Shown here: piece by piece, positions 28,929-37,242 of the stretch
How the letters are laid out: each line of letters begins with the position of its first letter
How positions within the stretch are numbered: the first letter of the stretch is position 1
Source of the DNA: Bacteroidia bacterium
Lineage (GTDB): Bacteria > Bacteroidota > Bacteroidia > NS11-12g > UBA955
NCBI GenBank assembly: GCA_044377005.1
Contig: JBILJV010000006.1
Coordinates: 1-58,737 of the forward strand
DNA: 58,737 bases
Reading direction: 5' to 3'
Notes under the pieces: generated by a model
The model's input: the letters and a program-made list of their open reading frames with translations, nothing else
Database searches by the model: none
What the model was told of the DNA's origin: nothing
Program-made: the position numbers and the translations under genes

Positions 28929-30799
28929 TCTGTTTCAATACCGTATACCTTTTTGGTGTTACCTAACTTACTTATTGCTGTTTTTAATCCATTTGCTGTA
29001 TTTATTTCTCTAATACTTAATGCATTTAATATTAATTGTACAATTTGAAAAGACACAAGCAAACTACAAATAAATATGAACAGCAATAACAAAATACTTT
29101 TTATTAGAATTGTATATTTTTCAGGAGGTAATTGGACATTTAGCTCTATTAACCAAACCATTAAAAAACTAATAGGTGACATTAACAAAATAAAGCTTAT
29201 TATTGAAATAAATGCCATAGTTAGAGACAGTAATTGAGTTTTGATAAGTCCACTTTGAAATACCATTTTTATACCTTCCATTATAGAATAACGGTCTGGA
29301 AACATTAAATAAATAAAGACACTGGACAATGCAATTGGAAACATAAACAGATATATCAATAGTATTATTGATTCATTTAAAAGTAACAATAAATTGATAG
29401 AGAACACCATTAAAATCAAAGAAACAACAGCTTTCTGACTTGACACCTTCACATCAAATTCCTTGAATAATTTTTTACTAATAAAGAATAACAATCCAAT
29501 TTGCCATAAAGACATTAGAATGAATTGTATGAAGCTTTCATTACTATTTAGCAATATTCCAAAATTAGAATAACTAGCCCCTAATTTACTCATTAAATTA
29601 TAAAGGTCTAAATCATCTAAATCTAACGACAAAACTTGAAATTGACTTAAAGTTTCTTTGAAATTAAAAGCCGAGATACTTACAAAAAACAATATTGAGC
29701 TAAGTAGAACTGAAACCAAAATTGCATTTAAGTATTTCTTAAAAAAACCAATTGACTTCATAAAAATGAGACCATTTGAATAAATTGTATTTTTATCAAA
29801 CTCAAAGGGTTCATCAGGTTTATAATCAGCATCCCCAAAATCAACATCTTTAACATCTTTAAATTTATTGTATGGATAAATTACAAAGTAAAATATCATT
29901 AAACCAATGGATAGTATAATGAAAGAGGCTCTAAAAGCGTCGGGTATTTCAGTAAATCTAGTTAAAAAGGATTCGACAAAAGCGGCAAACACAATAAAGG
30001 GAATACCAGCTAAAAACAGCATTGCACCTCTTTTTCCCCAAACACTGAAAGCTTTACTTCTGCTCAAAGTTCCTGGATAAAGCAAACCCCTTCCCAAAAG
30101 CATTCCTGCTTGAGTTTCTATAACCAATGTTAAAATCTCTATACTACCATGCATCCAAACTGTTAGATTAAATTCTCCAATTAAATTTCGTGAATAAAAG
30201 AAATAAATAAAGGCTCCTAACATTACCCCATTGCGAATCATTAATACCATAGCACCATAGGAGAAAAGGAGTCCAAACAAAAACACAAACAACGAAACCC
30301 TTAAATTATTGGTAGCTATATTCACAAACATGCCAAACGCGTCGTTAGATTTATAAATCCCCAAAGGATCTCCTTTTTCTATATTTTTAATGGTTTGATT
30401 GATATAATCGTCGCCAAAAATAGAGCGTGCAAATTGTTCGTCATTAGCCGAAGAAAAAAGCCCTATGATTACCGAAACAATAAGAATAACAAAAGATAAC
30501 AACATTTCCTTACGACCATAATAAACAATCTTGGGCACATCTGTTTTAAAGAAATCATGTATAGACTTGGAAACATTTGATTTGTTTTTATAGATAGAAT
30601 GATAAATGAGTTGAGCTAAACCATTCAAATAGATTCTCACTGACCTGTTTTTGTAGTATGTTCGAGCATACGACAAATCATCTGTAATTTGAATTAATTG
30701 AGCTCTTAACTTGCTGGGGTTCTTTTGAGCTTGCTTTAATTCAAGTTCGAATTGTTGCCATTTCTCTTTGTTTTGATCTACAAATTTACTCTCACGCAT
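28925..30799 (-). CDS. Stage II sporulation protein M (SpoIIM/DUF95) family protein with extra C-terminal multi-TM domain
   Basis: MRESKF..QNKEKW, DDLSYARTYY, NNLRV, NGVMLG, WMHGSIEI, AAFVESFLT, then about 300 further hydrophobic residues. ATG 30799 preferred. Confidence 0.85.
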   Translation of the reverse strand: MRESKFVDQNKEKWQQFELELKQAQKNPSKLRAQLIQITDDLSYARTYYKNRSVRIYLNGLAQLIYHSIYKNKSNVSKSIHDFFKTDVPKIVYYGRKEMLLSFVILIVSVIIGLFSSANDEQFARSIFGDDYINQTIKNIEKGDPLGIYKSNDAFGMFVNIATNNLRVSLFVFLFGLLFSYGAMVLMIRNGVMLGAFIYFFYSRNLIGEFNLTVWMHGSIEILTLVIETQAGMLLGRGLLYPGTLSRSKAFSVWGKRGAMLFLAGIPFIVFAAFVESFLTRFTEIPDAFRASFIILSIGLMIFYFVIYPYNKFKDVKDVDFGDADYKPDEPFEFDKNTIYSNGLIFMKSIGFFKKYLNAILVSVLLSSILFFVSISAFNFKETLSQFQVLSLDLDDLDLYNLMSKLGASYSNFGILLNSNESFIQFILMSLWQIGLLFFISKKLFKEFDVKVSSQKAVVSLILMVFSINLLLLLNESIILLIYLFMFPIALSSVFIYLMFPDRYSIMEGIKMVFQSGLIKTQLLSLTMAFISIISFILLMSPISFLMVWLIELNVQLPPEKYTILIKSILLLLFIFICSLLVSFQIVQLILNALSIREINTANGLKTAISKLGNTKKVYGIETE

Positions 30800-30851
30800 T
30801 AGACATAGCAATGATAATAATATTTTTCTATATTATTTAGCACTTATTAAT

Positions 30852-30859
30852 TATTTTTG
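30852..30859 (+). promoter_or_regulatory. -7 box (TATTTTTG)
   Basis: Exact TAnnTTTG, 11 nt before ATG 30871. Confidence 0.55.
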
Positions 30860-30870
30860 TGTTTTATAAT

Positions 30871-31236
30871 ATGCTCAAAGACATTGAATCCGAATACGAT
30901 ATTTCCCAATGGCAAAATGCGTTTTATAAACACTTATTAAACGACCCCATTACCTCTCCTAAATTTTCTCATTTGAATTTGGAGGAACACATGCCTAAAA
31001 TAGTGGCATTTTGGTCGTTTGTATTACTCGATAAAGAGGGCTATAAAACCAATGTTTTTGAAAAACATATCCATCTTAATTTGGAAAAAATCCATTTCGA
31101 AAAATGGTTGAATTACTTTACCACCACTACCAATGAAATGTATAGTGGACCTAATGCTTCCATTGCTCTTGAAAGAGTTAAATTACTAGCTTCTACATTC
31201 TTACATAAACTTACAGGCGAATACCATGGTTTTTAA
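30871..31236 (+). CDS. Group III truncated hemoglobin (2/2 globin)
   Basis: KDI, FY (TyrB10), EEHMPKIVAFW (HisE7), EKH (proximal HisF8), HFEKWL (TrpG8), SGPNA. Confidence 0.85.
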   Translation: MLKDIESEYDISQWQNAFYKHLLNDPITSPKFSHLNLEEHMPKIVAFWSFVLLDKEGYKTNVFEKHIHLNLEKIHFEKWLNYFTTTTNEMYSGPNASIALERVKLLASTFLHKLTGEYHGF

Positions 31237-33394
31237 TTTCTTCAAAATTCAACTTTTTTTAATAGCGTTATTGCTCGTTAATATTTGTAGCGCCCAAAGT
31301 AGTCCAGTTGTTCGCAAACAAGCTTTAATATTGATAGACAGCAATTTTAATGAAAGCAGTTTTAAAAATCTTGACATCCACATCAATAGTCGTTTACAAT
31401 CTATTTTAACGATAGATTTTGCTGAAAACTTAAGCATAGTAATTCAAGAAACTAAAGGGGTATTATACATGGAACAAGCACTAGTTGGTGTTAATTTTCA
31501 CCCATTAAACGACATAGAAAGAATATTTACCAGTGTTGATAAAGTTAACAATGGAAGCAATAATGGAATGCCAAAAAACTTTGAGGGTAAAGGCGTAATT
31601 ATAGGCATTGTAGATGTTGGTTTCCAAAACAACAATCCTAATTTTTTTAATAAAGACGGAACAAAAACAAGAATTTCTAGATTTTGGCACCAAGGACAAA
31701 GTGGAACCCCTCCTAATGGATACAATTATGGTAATTTATATACGGATTCTACTTTAATAATTAACGCTAATGACCTTGACGGGAGTCATGGAACTCATGT
31801 AGCCGGCATTGCTGCAGGTAGTGGCTTTTCAACGCCTAATAGACAATATAGAGGAGTAGCACCTGAGGCTGAATTAGTATTTGTAAGTATTAAATATAGA
31901 AACGATTCCCTTAAGGGTAGCGCTTTGGGTGATTATGTGATTGCTAATCCAAGCATTATCGATGCTTATAAATATATTTTTGACTATGCCGCATCGGTAG
32001 GCAAACCGGCAGTGATTAATTTAAGTTGGGGTATGCATACTGGCCCTCATGATGGCACTAGTTTGTTCGATATTGCTACAGAACAATTGGTAGGCAATGG
32101 TAAAATAATTGTTGGTGCCAATGGCAATGATGGCGAAAATCCAATGCACTTAAATCACAAATTCAACAAGGATACTATTTCCACCCTTGCTATCGAAAAC
32201 AATCGACAATGGCGAGGTCGTGAGAGTATTTATTGTGATTTTTGGGGAAGTAAAAACAGCCGTTTTGGCATTCAGGTTCAAGTGCTAGACACCAATTTAC
32301 AAATAGTAAGAGAAACTCCCTTTGTGTATTCAAATGAAAGCAACCGATCTTACACTTTATCTCATCAAAATAACCTGTTTGAGATTACCTTCCAAAACCA
32401 AGCAAACTATCCTCTTAATAACAAACCTAACATTACATTAAGTGCAGAAAGTTCAAACAGACGACTTTATATTTTTAAGGTGAATATTACCTCAGATTCT
32501 TCAGAAATTCATGCTTGGAATAGCGGTGCGGCGAGAGATTGGACAAGCGGTTCGTTCACGAATAAATGGGGGAAATGGAACTTTGAAAACACTTTTATTA
32601 AAGGAAATTCCAACTACACCGCAGGCGAAAATGGCGGCACTTCCAAAGCTGTAATTTCTGTTGGAGCCTCTGCTGCAAGATCTTCTTTTACTAATATCAA
32701 AGGCAAGTTAGTGAATGACTCTGCCTATGCTTTTCCTGGCAGTTTGGCCTCCTTTTCAAGCAGGGGACCTACAGTAGATGGCCGTATAAAACCCAACATT
32801 GTTGCACCAGGTTTTAATGTTCCTTCATCTTATAACAACTTGCAAATGGCTCCATGGATGAATGACCGAACATTATTAAAAACTACATTCCGAGGAGATA
32901 CACAATATTGGGCAGCTTCGAGTGGAACTTCAATGGCGGCACCTCATGCAACCGGTATAGTAGCCTTAATGCTTGAGGCAAATCCCAATCTCAATGCTTA
33001 TCAAATTATGGAAATTTTAGAACATACTGCCACAGAAGATCAATGGACTGGCACTACCCCAAATAACAATTATGGACATGGAAAAGTAAATGCTTATGAG
33101 GCGGTATTATTGGCTCTACAATATGCAGGAGTTAATGCTTTTAATAACATTAACAATTTGTTTTTCTACCCAAATCCAAGTCAAGAGTATATCAGATTCA
33201 AAGGAAATGTCACAATGCAAAACGCAAGCATTTCTGTCTACAATGCACATGGCACTTTAGTAATTCATCAATCTGAAATTACTAACATTAACAGCTATCA
33301 AATAAACCTCCAAACTATTACTGATGGTATCTATACTGTAGTTGTTAAAAGTGAAAATTCAGGACCTTATGTTTTCAAATTATTAAAACGTTAA
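31226..33394 (+). CDS. S8 subtilisin-like serine peptidase with T9SS type-A C-terminal domain (paralog of 7186-9372)
   Basis: IVDVG, HGTHVAGIAAG, GTSMAAP; CTD FYPNPS...GIYTV...FKLLKR; signal peptide. Confidence 0.92.
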   Translation: MVFNFFKIQLFLIALLLVNICSAQSSPVVRKQALILIDSNFNESSFKNLDIHINSRLQSILTIDFAENLSIVIQETKGVLYMEQALVGVNFHPLNDIERIFTSVDKVNNGSNNGMPKNFEGKGVIIGIVDVGFQNNNPNFFNKDGTKTRISRFWHQGQSGTPPNGYNYGNLYTDSTLIINANDLDGSHGTHVAGIAAGSGFSTPNRQYRGVAPEAELVFVSIKYRNDSLKGSALGDYVIANPSIIDAYKYIFDYAASVGKPAVINLSWGMHTGPHDGTSLFDIATEQLVGNGKIIVGANGNDGENPMHLNHKFNKDTISTLAIENNRQWRGRESIYCDFWGSKNSRFGIQVQVLDTNLQIVRETPFVYSNESNRSYTLSHQNNLFEITFQNQANYPLNNKPNITLSAESSNRRLYIFKVNITSDSSEIHAWNSGAARDWTSGSFTNKWGKWNFENTFIKGNSNYTAGENGGTSKAVISVGASAARSSFTNIKGKLVNDSAYAFPGSLASFSSRGPTVDGRIKPNIVAPGFNVPSSYNNLQMAPWMNDRTLLKTTFRGDTQYWAASSGTSMAAPHATGIVALMLEANPNLNAYQIMEILEHTATEDQWTGTTPNNNYGHGKVNAYEAVLLALQYAGVNAFNNINNLFFYPNPSQEYIRFKGNVTMQNASISVYNAHGTLVIHQSEITNINSYQINLQTITDGIYTVVVKSENSGPYVFKLLKR

Positions 33395-33463
33395 TGTGCA
33401 AATTCAAAGATTCTATCGAATGAAACTAAATAATTGCAAAAATACACTTAAAATTGCCATACT

Positions 33464-34738
33464 TTGAACAAATGGACCTTATACTACCGCCTTGTTAACG
33501 AAAGTGCAAAGTTTGCAGTTCAATCATTATTGAGTAACAAGCTTCGTTCATTTTTATCTGTTATTGGCATTACGATTGGTATTTTCTTAGTTATTTTAGT
33601 TTTTACTCTTGTTGATTCTTTAGAGACAAATATCAAAAACAGTGTTCAATCCTTGGGTAAAAATGTAATTTATATAGACAAATGGGAATGGAGTGGTGGT
33701 GGGAGCGATTACCCTTGGTGGGAATATTTAAAGCGACCTGACTCTAATTTAGAGGAATTAAAAACACTAAAACAATATCCAGTTAATCATTTTTTCGAGG
33801 CGCTTTCCTATTCATACTCATCTAGGTCGACGATTAAACACGATAACAATGAGGTTGAAAATGCAACCGTAGATGGTTACACTTATGATTTTGTAAAAAT
33901 AGAAGAAATAGAGCTCGAAAAAGGACGATTTTTTAATCCCTATGAAGACCAAAATGGATTAGCCGTTGCTGTTATTGGAGCAAATGTTGCCAAGGGATTA
34001 GCCACTGATGAAGATATCATTGGAAAAACAATTACCGCTTTTGGTAAACCTATCAAAGTTATTGGTGTTTTTAAATTTCAAGGAGATAATTTAATCAATA
34101 TAGATTTTGATGACAAAATGGTTGTTCCTATTCGTTTTTTAGAATATGCAACTGGTAAAAAAGGAGGAGGAAAGCTGATTATAAAAGTGAAAGAGAATGT
34201 GAATGAAATAGCAGTGAATGAAGAAATAAGAGGGACGATGCGAACCATCCGAAAATTGAAACCTTCGCAAGACGATAATTTTTCATTAAACAGAATTTCT
34301 TTTTTGACTGAAACCATAGGCGATTTCTTTAAAAGTGTTAACAAATTTGGATTAGTCATTGGATTGTTCTCGCTACTTGTTGGCGGTTTTGGGGTGGCTA
34401 ACATTATGTTTGTTTCTGTAAAAGAAAGAACCGCTATTATAGGAATACAAAAAGCATTAGGTGCTAAAAATGAATTTATTATCATTCAGTTTCTTACTGA
34501 ATCTGTATTATTGAGTGTTATGGGTGGTCTCATTGGATTATTAATTACTTTTGGATTTTCAATGTTATTAAATGTTATTATAGAAAGCCAGTTTGAATCC
34601 AACTTTAGATTATTAGTAACCAAAGAAAATGTATTAATTGGTCTTGCATTTTCAACCCTAATCGGTTTACTTTCAGGATTTATTCCTGCATACAAAGCTG
34701 GACAACTTCAACCTGTAGAAGCAATGAGAAGTAAATAA
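33464..34738 (+). CDS. MacB/FtsX-family ABC transporter permease
   Basis: NKLRSFLSVIGITIGI, periplasmic domain, VGGFGVANIMFVSVKERT..IG..KALGA, PA.KA..L.PVEAMR. Confidence 0.92.
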   Translation: MNKWTLYYRLVNESAKFAVQSLLSNKLRSFLSVIGITIGIFLVILVFTLVDSLETNIKNSVQSLGKNVIYIDKWEWSGGGSDYPWWEYLKRPDSNLEELKTLKQYPVNHFFEALSYSYSSRSTIKHDNNEVENATVDGYTYDFVKIEEIELEKGRFFNPYEDQNGLAVAVIGANVAKGLATDEDIIGKTITAFGKPIKVIGVFKFQGDNLINIDFDDKMVVPIRFLEYATGKKGGGKLIIKVKENVNEIAVNEEIRGTMRTIRKLKPSQDDNFSLNRISFLTETIGDFFKSVNKFGLVIGLFSLLVGGFGVANIMFVSVKERTAIIGIQKALGAKNEFIIIQFLTESVLLSVMGGLIGLLITFGFSMLLNVIIESQFESNFRLLVTKENVLIGLAFSTLIGLLSGFIPAYKAGQLQPVEAMRSK

Positions 34739-34739
34739 A

Positions 34740-36572
34740 TTAATCTCCTATCAAATGGATTACCCCATGAATTTGCTCTTGTAGTTCACAATCCTTTATG
34801 TTTATAAAGTAATAATACACGCCGTCAATAGACAATGCTCCATCCCAAGGCTTATTGCTCGACTCAAATATCAACAGTCCCCATCGGTTAAACACTTTTA
34901 AATCATACAAATATTTGGGATTTTGTTCAGGAAAATAATCGTTAATAAAATCGCCATTAGGTGTAAATACATTCGGGATTTTAATGGTATAACTTTTTTT
35001 AAAATCCGGAATTTCAATAACTTCGCTATAACTACAATCATTGGTTTTAATACCTGTAATATTAACCGTTCCCATCTTTTTTACCTTTACAATTGTATCG
35101 GTAGAATTAGGAAGAAACTGTTGTGGTGAAGACATCCAATTAAGCGTTTTAAATGCTCCCTTAGCACGAACGCTTCCAGTGTAATCGAAACTACTTAAAT
35201 TACATTGTAAACTATCCAAAACCAATCGGACTTGAAGACTGTCCAAATTAATAAATATACTATCCGTAAAAATACAATTTATTCTTTGCATTTTGAGCCA
35301 ATACAAACCTTTTTGATTCACTATTATCACAGAATCTGTTGAACCATTAGACCAATTGTATTGTGTTTTATCATAAAATTGATTGGGTTTAATAAGGTAA
35401 TTAGCCCCTTGACATAAAAAGGTATCATTGGGTAATTTAAAATCTATTTTATCATAAATAGTGATTATTTTTATAATAGTATCTACACAATTTCCATTAG
35501 TCGCAATTAAAGTTACCTTATAGTCACCTATAATAGGGTAAGTATATCGCCCCACTTTGTCGCTCGAAGTATCAGCGGTAGTAGAAGTATCTCCATAGTT
35601 CCAAAAAAACTGAGTCGCATTTTGACTGGTATTATTAAATATTACTTGCTTATCGCAATTAATATCGGGTGAGGTAAAAGCAGATGTTGTTTCAAAAACA
35701 CATTCTTGAACATTGAATTGAAAGTCGCGAAAAGTAAAACCGATTAATCGTCCATTTCGGTACTCCTTTACCACTATACCTACGACAAACTGACCATTCA
35801 AGGTTGGGGTAATTTTAAGAATACCAGATTTAGCATTGATAATAGCTTTGGGTTGTGAGTTTATTGCATCAGCAAAACCATAAGGAGATTCATATACAAT
35901 TTGACTAAAGGGGGGCGATTCATAATCAACAACATTGGGTCTTGGATTAAACTGAGTTCCTCCAGTAAAAGGATGAAAAAACTCATATACCAAACTATCG
36001 CCATCGGCATCGGTAGCAGAATGGTCGAAAATTAAAGGGGCATTAGTACAAAGAAAATTAGGAGGTAATTGCTTAAAATAGGGACTACTATTGTTCCCGA
36101 TAGAGTCGAAATCGTTGATTATTGTCCAAATATTTTCACCTGTGGATTCAGGCGAAATGATGTTTTTGATGGTATTATTTCTACAACATCTTTGAAAAGA
36201 CAACACATAACCCCCTTTATGTTTGGGCAAAGTAATTACGGTATCGTAATCATAAGCATCAATACAGGCATTTGGTGGAATGGCTATACAATTATAATTG
36301 GTTTTAGAAACCCTAACAGGTGGTTTTCGTTTTATCATAAAACTTAAACCATTCATTAAACTGTCATTGTCTTTAGAGAAAACGCCAATTCTTGCATATT
36401 CATCGTCTCTAATGGCACCTGCTTGACCAAACACACAATCGACATACAATTTCAAAACTATTCTAAACTGCCTGTTACCAAGATATGTATAATTCATTTC
36501 ACTACCCACAATATGTGTTGCGAGAGCGCTTTGGGTGAAAGCAAATAACAATATTATTAAAACAAATCTCAA
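34740..36572 (-). CDS. Secreted protein with PKD domain and T9SS type-B (gliding-motility-associated) C-terminal domain
   Basis: Signal peptide then ATHIVGSEM; FQRCCRN; PKD motif FNNTS...WNYGD...Y.VTL; CTD IPNVFTPNGDFIND...FNRWG...WDG...GVYYY. Confidence 0.88.
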   Translation of the reverse strand: MRFVLIILLFAFTQSALATHIVGSEMNYTYLGNRQFRIVLKLYVDCVFGQAGAIRDDEYARIGVFSKDNDSLMNGLSFMIKRKPPVRVSKTNYNCIAIPPNACIDAYDYDTVITLPKHKGGYVLSFQRCCRNNTIKNIISPESTGENIWTIINDFDSIGNNSSPYFKQLPPNFLCTNAPLIFDHSATDADGDSLVYEFFHPFTGGTQFNPRPNVVDYESPPFSQIVYESPYGFADAINSQPKAIINAKSGILKITPTLNGQFVVGIVVKEYRNGRLIGFTFRDFQFNVQECVFETTSAFTSPDINCDKQVIFNNTSQNATQFFWNYGDTSTTADTSSDKVGRYTYPIIGDYKVTLIATNGNCVDTIIKIITIYDKIDFKLPNDTFLCQGANYLIKPNQFYDKTQYNWSNGSTDSVIIVNQKGLYWLKMQRINCIFTDSIFINLDSLQVRLVLDSLQCNLSSFDYTGSVRAKGAFKTLNWMSSPQQFLPNSTDTIVKVKKMGTVNITGIKTNDCSYSEVIEIPDFKKSYTIKIPNVFTPNGDFINDYFPEQNPKYLYDLKVFNRWGLLIFESSNKPWDGALSIDGVYYYFINIKDCELQEQIHGVIHLIGD

Positions 36573-36650
36573 TTGATTATTGGTTGTAAAAGAGACTTTA
36601 AAAAAACCGAAATAGTTTAACTATTTCCCTAAACAAAATGTCGATCTTTT

Positions 36651-37112
36651 CTATTTATTATCTTTAGGTTTTTTTTCTTTTTTAGATTTTCCCTTTTTTG
36701 AGGGTTTGATAGAATCTGGTTTGCCTTTATCATTAGGATAATTACATCTAACAATCAATTGTTTTCTGGCAGTTTGCACATTACCATGGTTATATGTTGA
36801 AATCATCAATCTCAAATTAGTTTTTTCGACAAGAGTCAATATGTACATAAGTTGAATTGTTTGACGAGAACCATGTGTATGGTAATTTTTATTAAAAAAT
36901 ACCATATTACTATCATTTTCAGAACTAATTACAACATTTACATCATGCAAAGCGGCATCCGAACTCACTTCTGCAGAGATAAAAATGGTATCTCCTTTTT
37001 GATATTTGTTTTGAGTTTGGGGCGATTTTATATCAATTTTAGTAGCTTGTGCAAAAAGAGATTGAAATCCAAAAGAAACTATAGCAATTAATGTAATTTT
37101 AAGAATATTCAT
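36651..37112 (-). CDS. Hypothetical exported Ig-like protein with His motifs and Lys-rich tail
   Basis: Signal peptide; I.SP...Y..GDTI.I pattern; LHDV, YHTHG, NHG. Confidence 0.6.
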   Translation of the reverse strand: MNILKITLIAIVSFGFQSLFAQATKIDIKSPQTQNKYQKGDTIFISAEVSSDAALHDVNVVISSENDSNMVFFNKNYHTHGSRQTIQLMYILTLVEKTNLRLMISTYNHGNVQTARKQLIVRCNYPNDKGKPDSIKPSKKGKSKKEKKPKDNK

Positions 37113-37116
37113 CTTA

Positions 37117-37124
37117 CAAATTTA
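37117..37124 (-). promoter_or_regulatory. -7 box (TAAATTTG)
   Basis: Exact TAnnTTTG, 4 nt before ATG 37112. Confidence 0.55.
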
Positions 37125-37222
37125 AACAAAAAATATAAAGAATAAAAAATGGACTTTTTGACTCCCTAATTTCATATTTAAAAAATTTGAGTGTTTAATT
37201 TTTTAAATATGAAAAAATTAAA

Positions 37223-37230
37223 TATATTTG
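37223..37230 (+). promoter_or_regulatory. -7 box (TATATTTG)
   Basis: Exact TAnnTTTG, 12 nt before ATG 37243. Confidence 0.55.
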
Positions 37231-37242
37231 AATTTAAAATAA

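Noticed and set aside
33464-34738. ABC permease with no adjacent ATPase
   Set aside because: Stand-alone MacB/FtsX-type permease genes are common in Bacteroidota.
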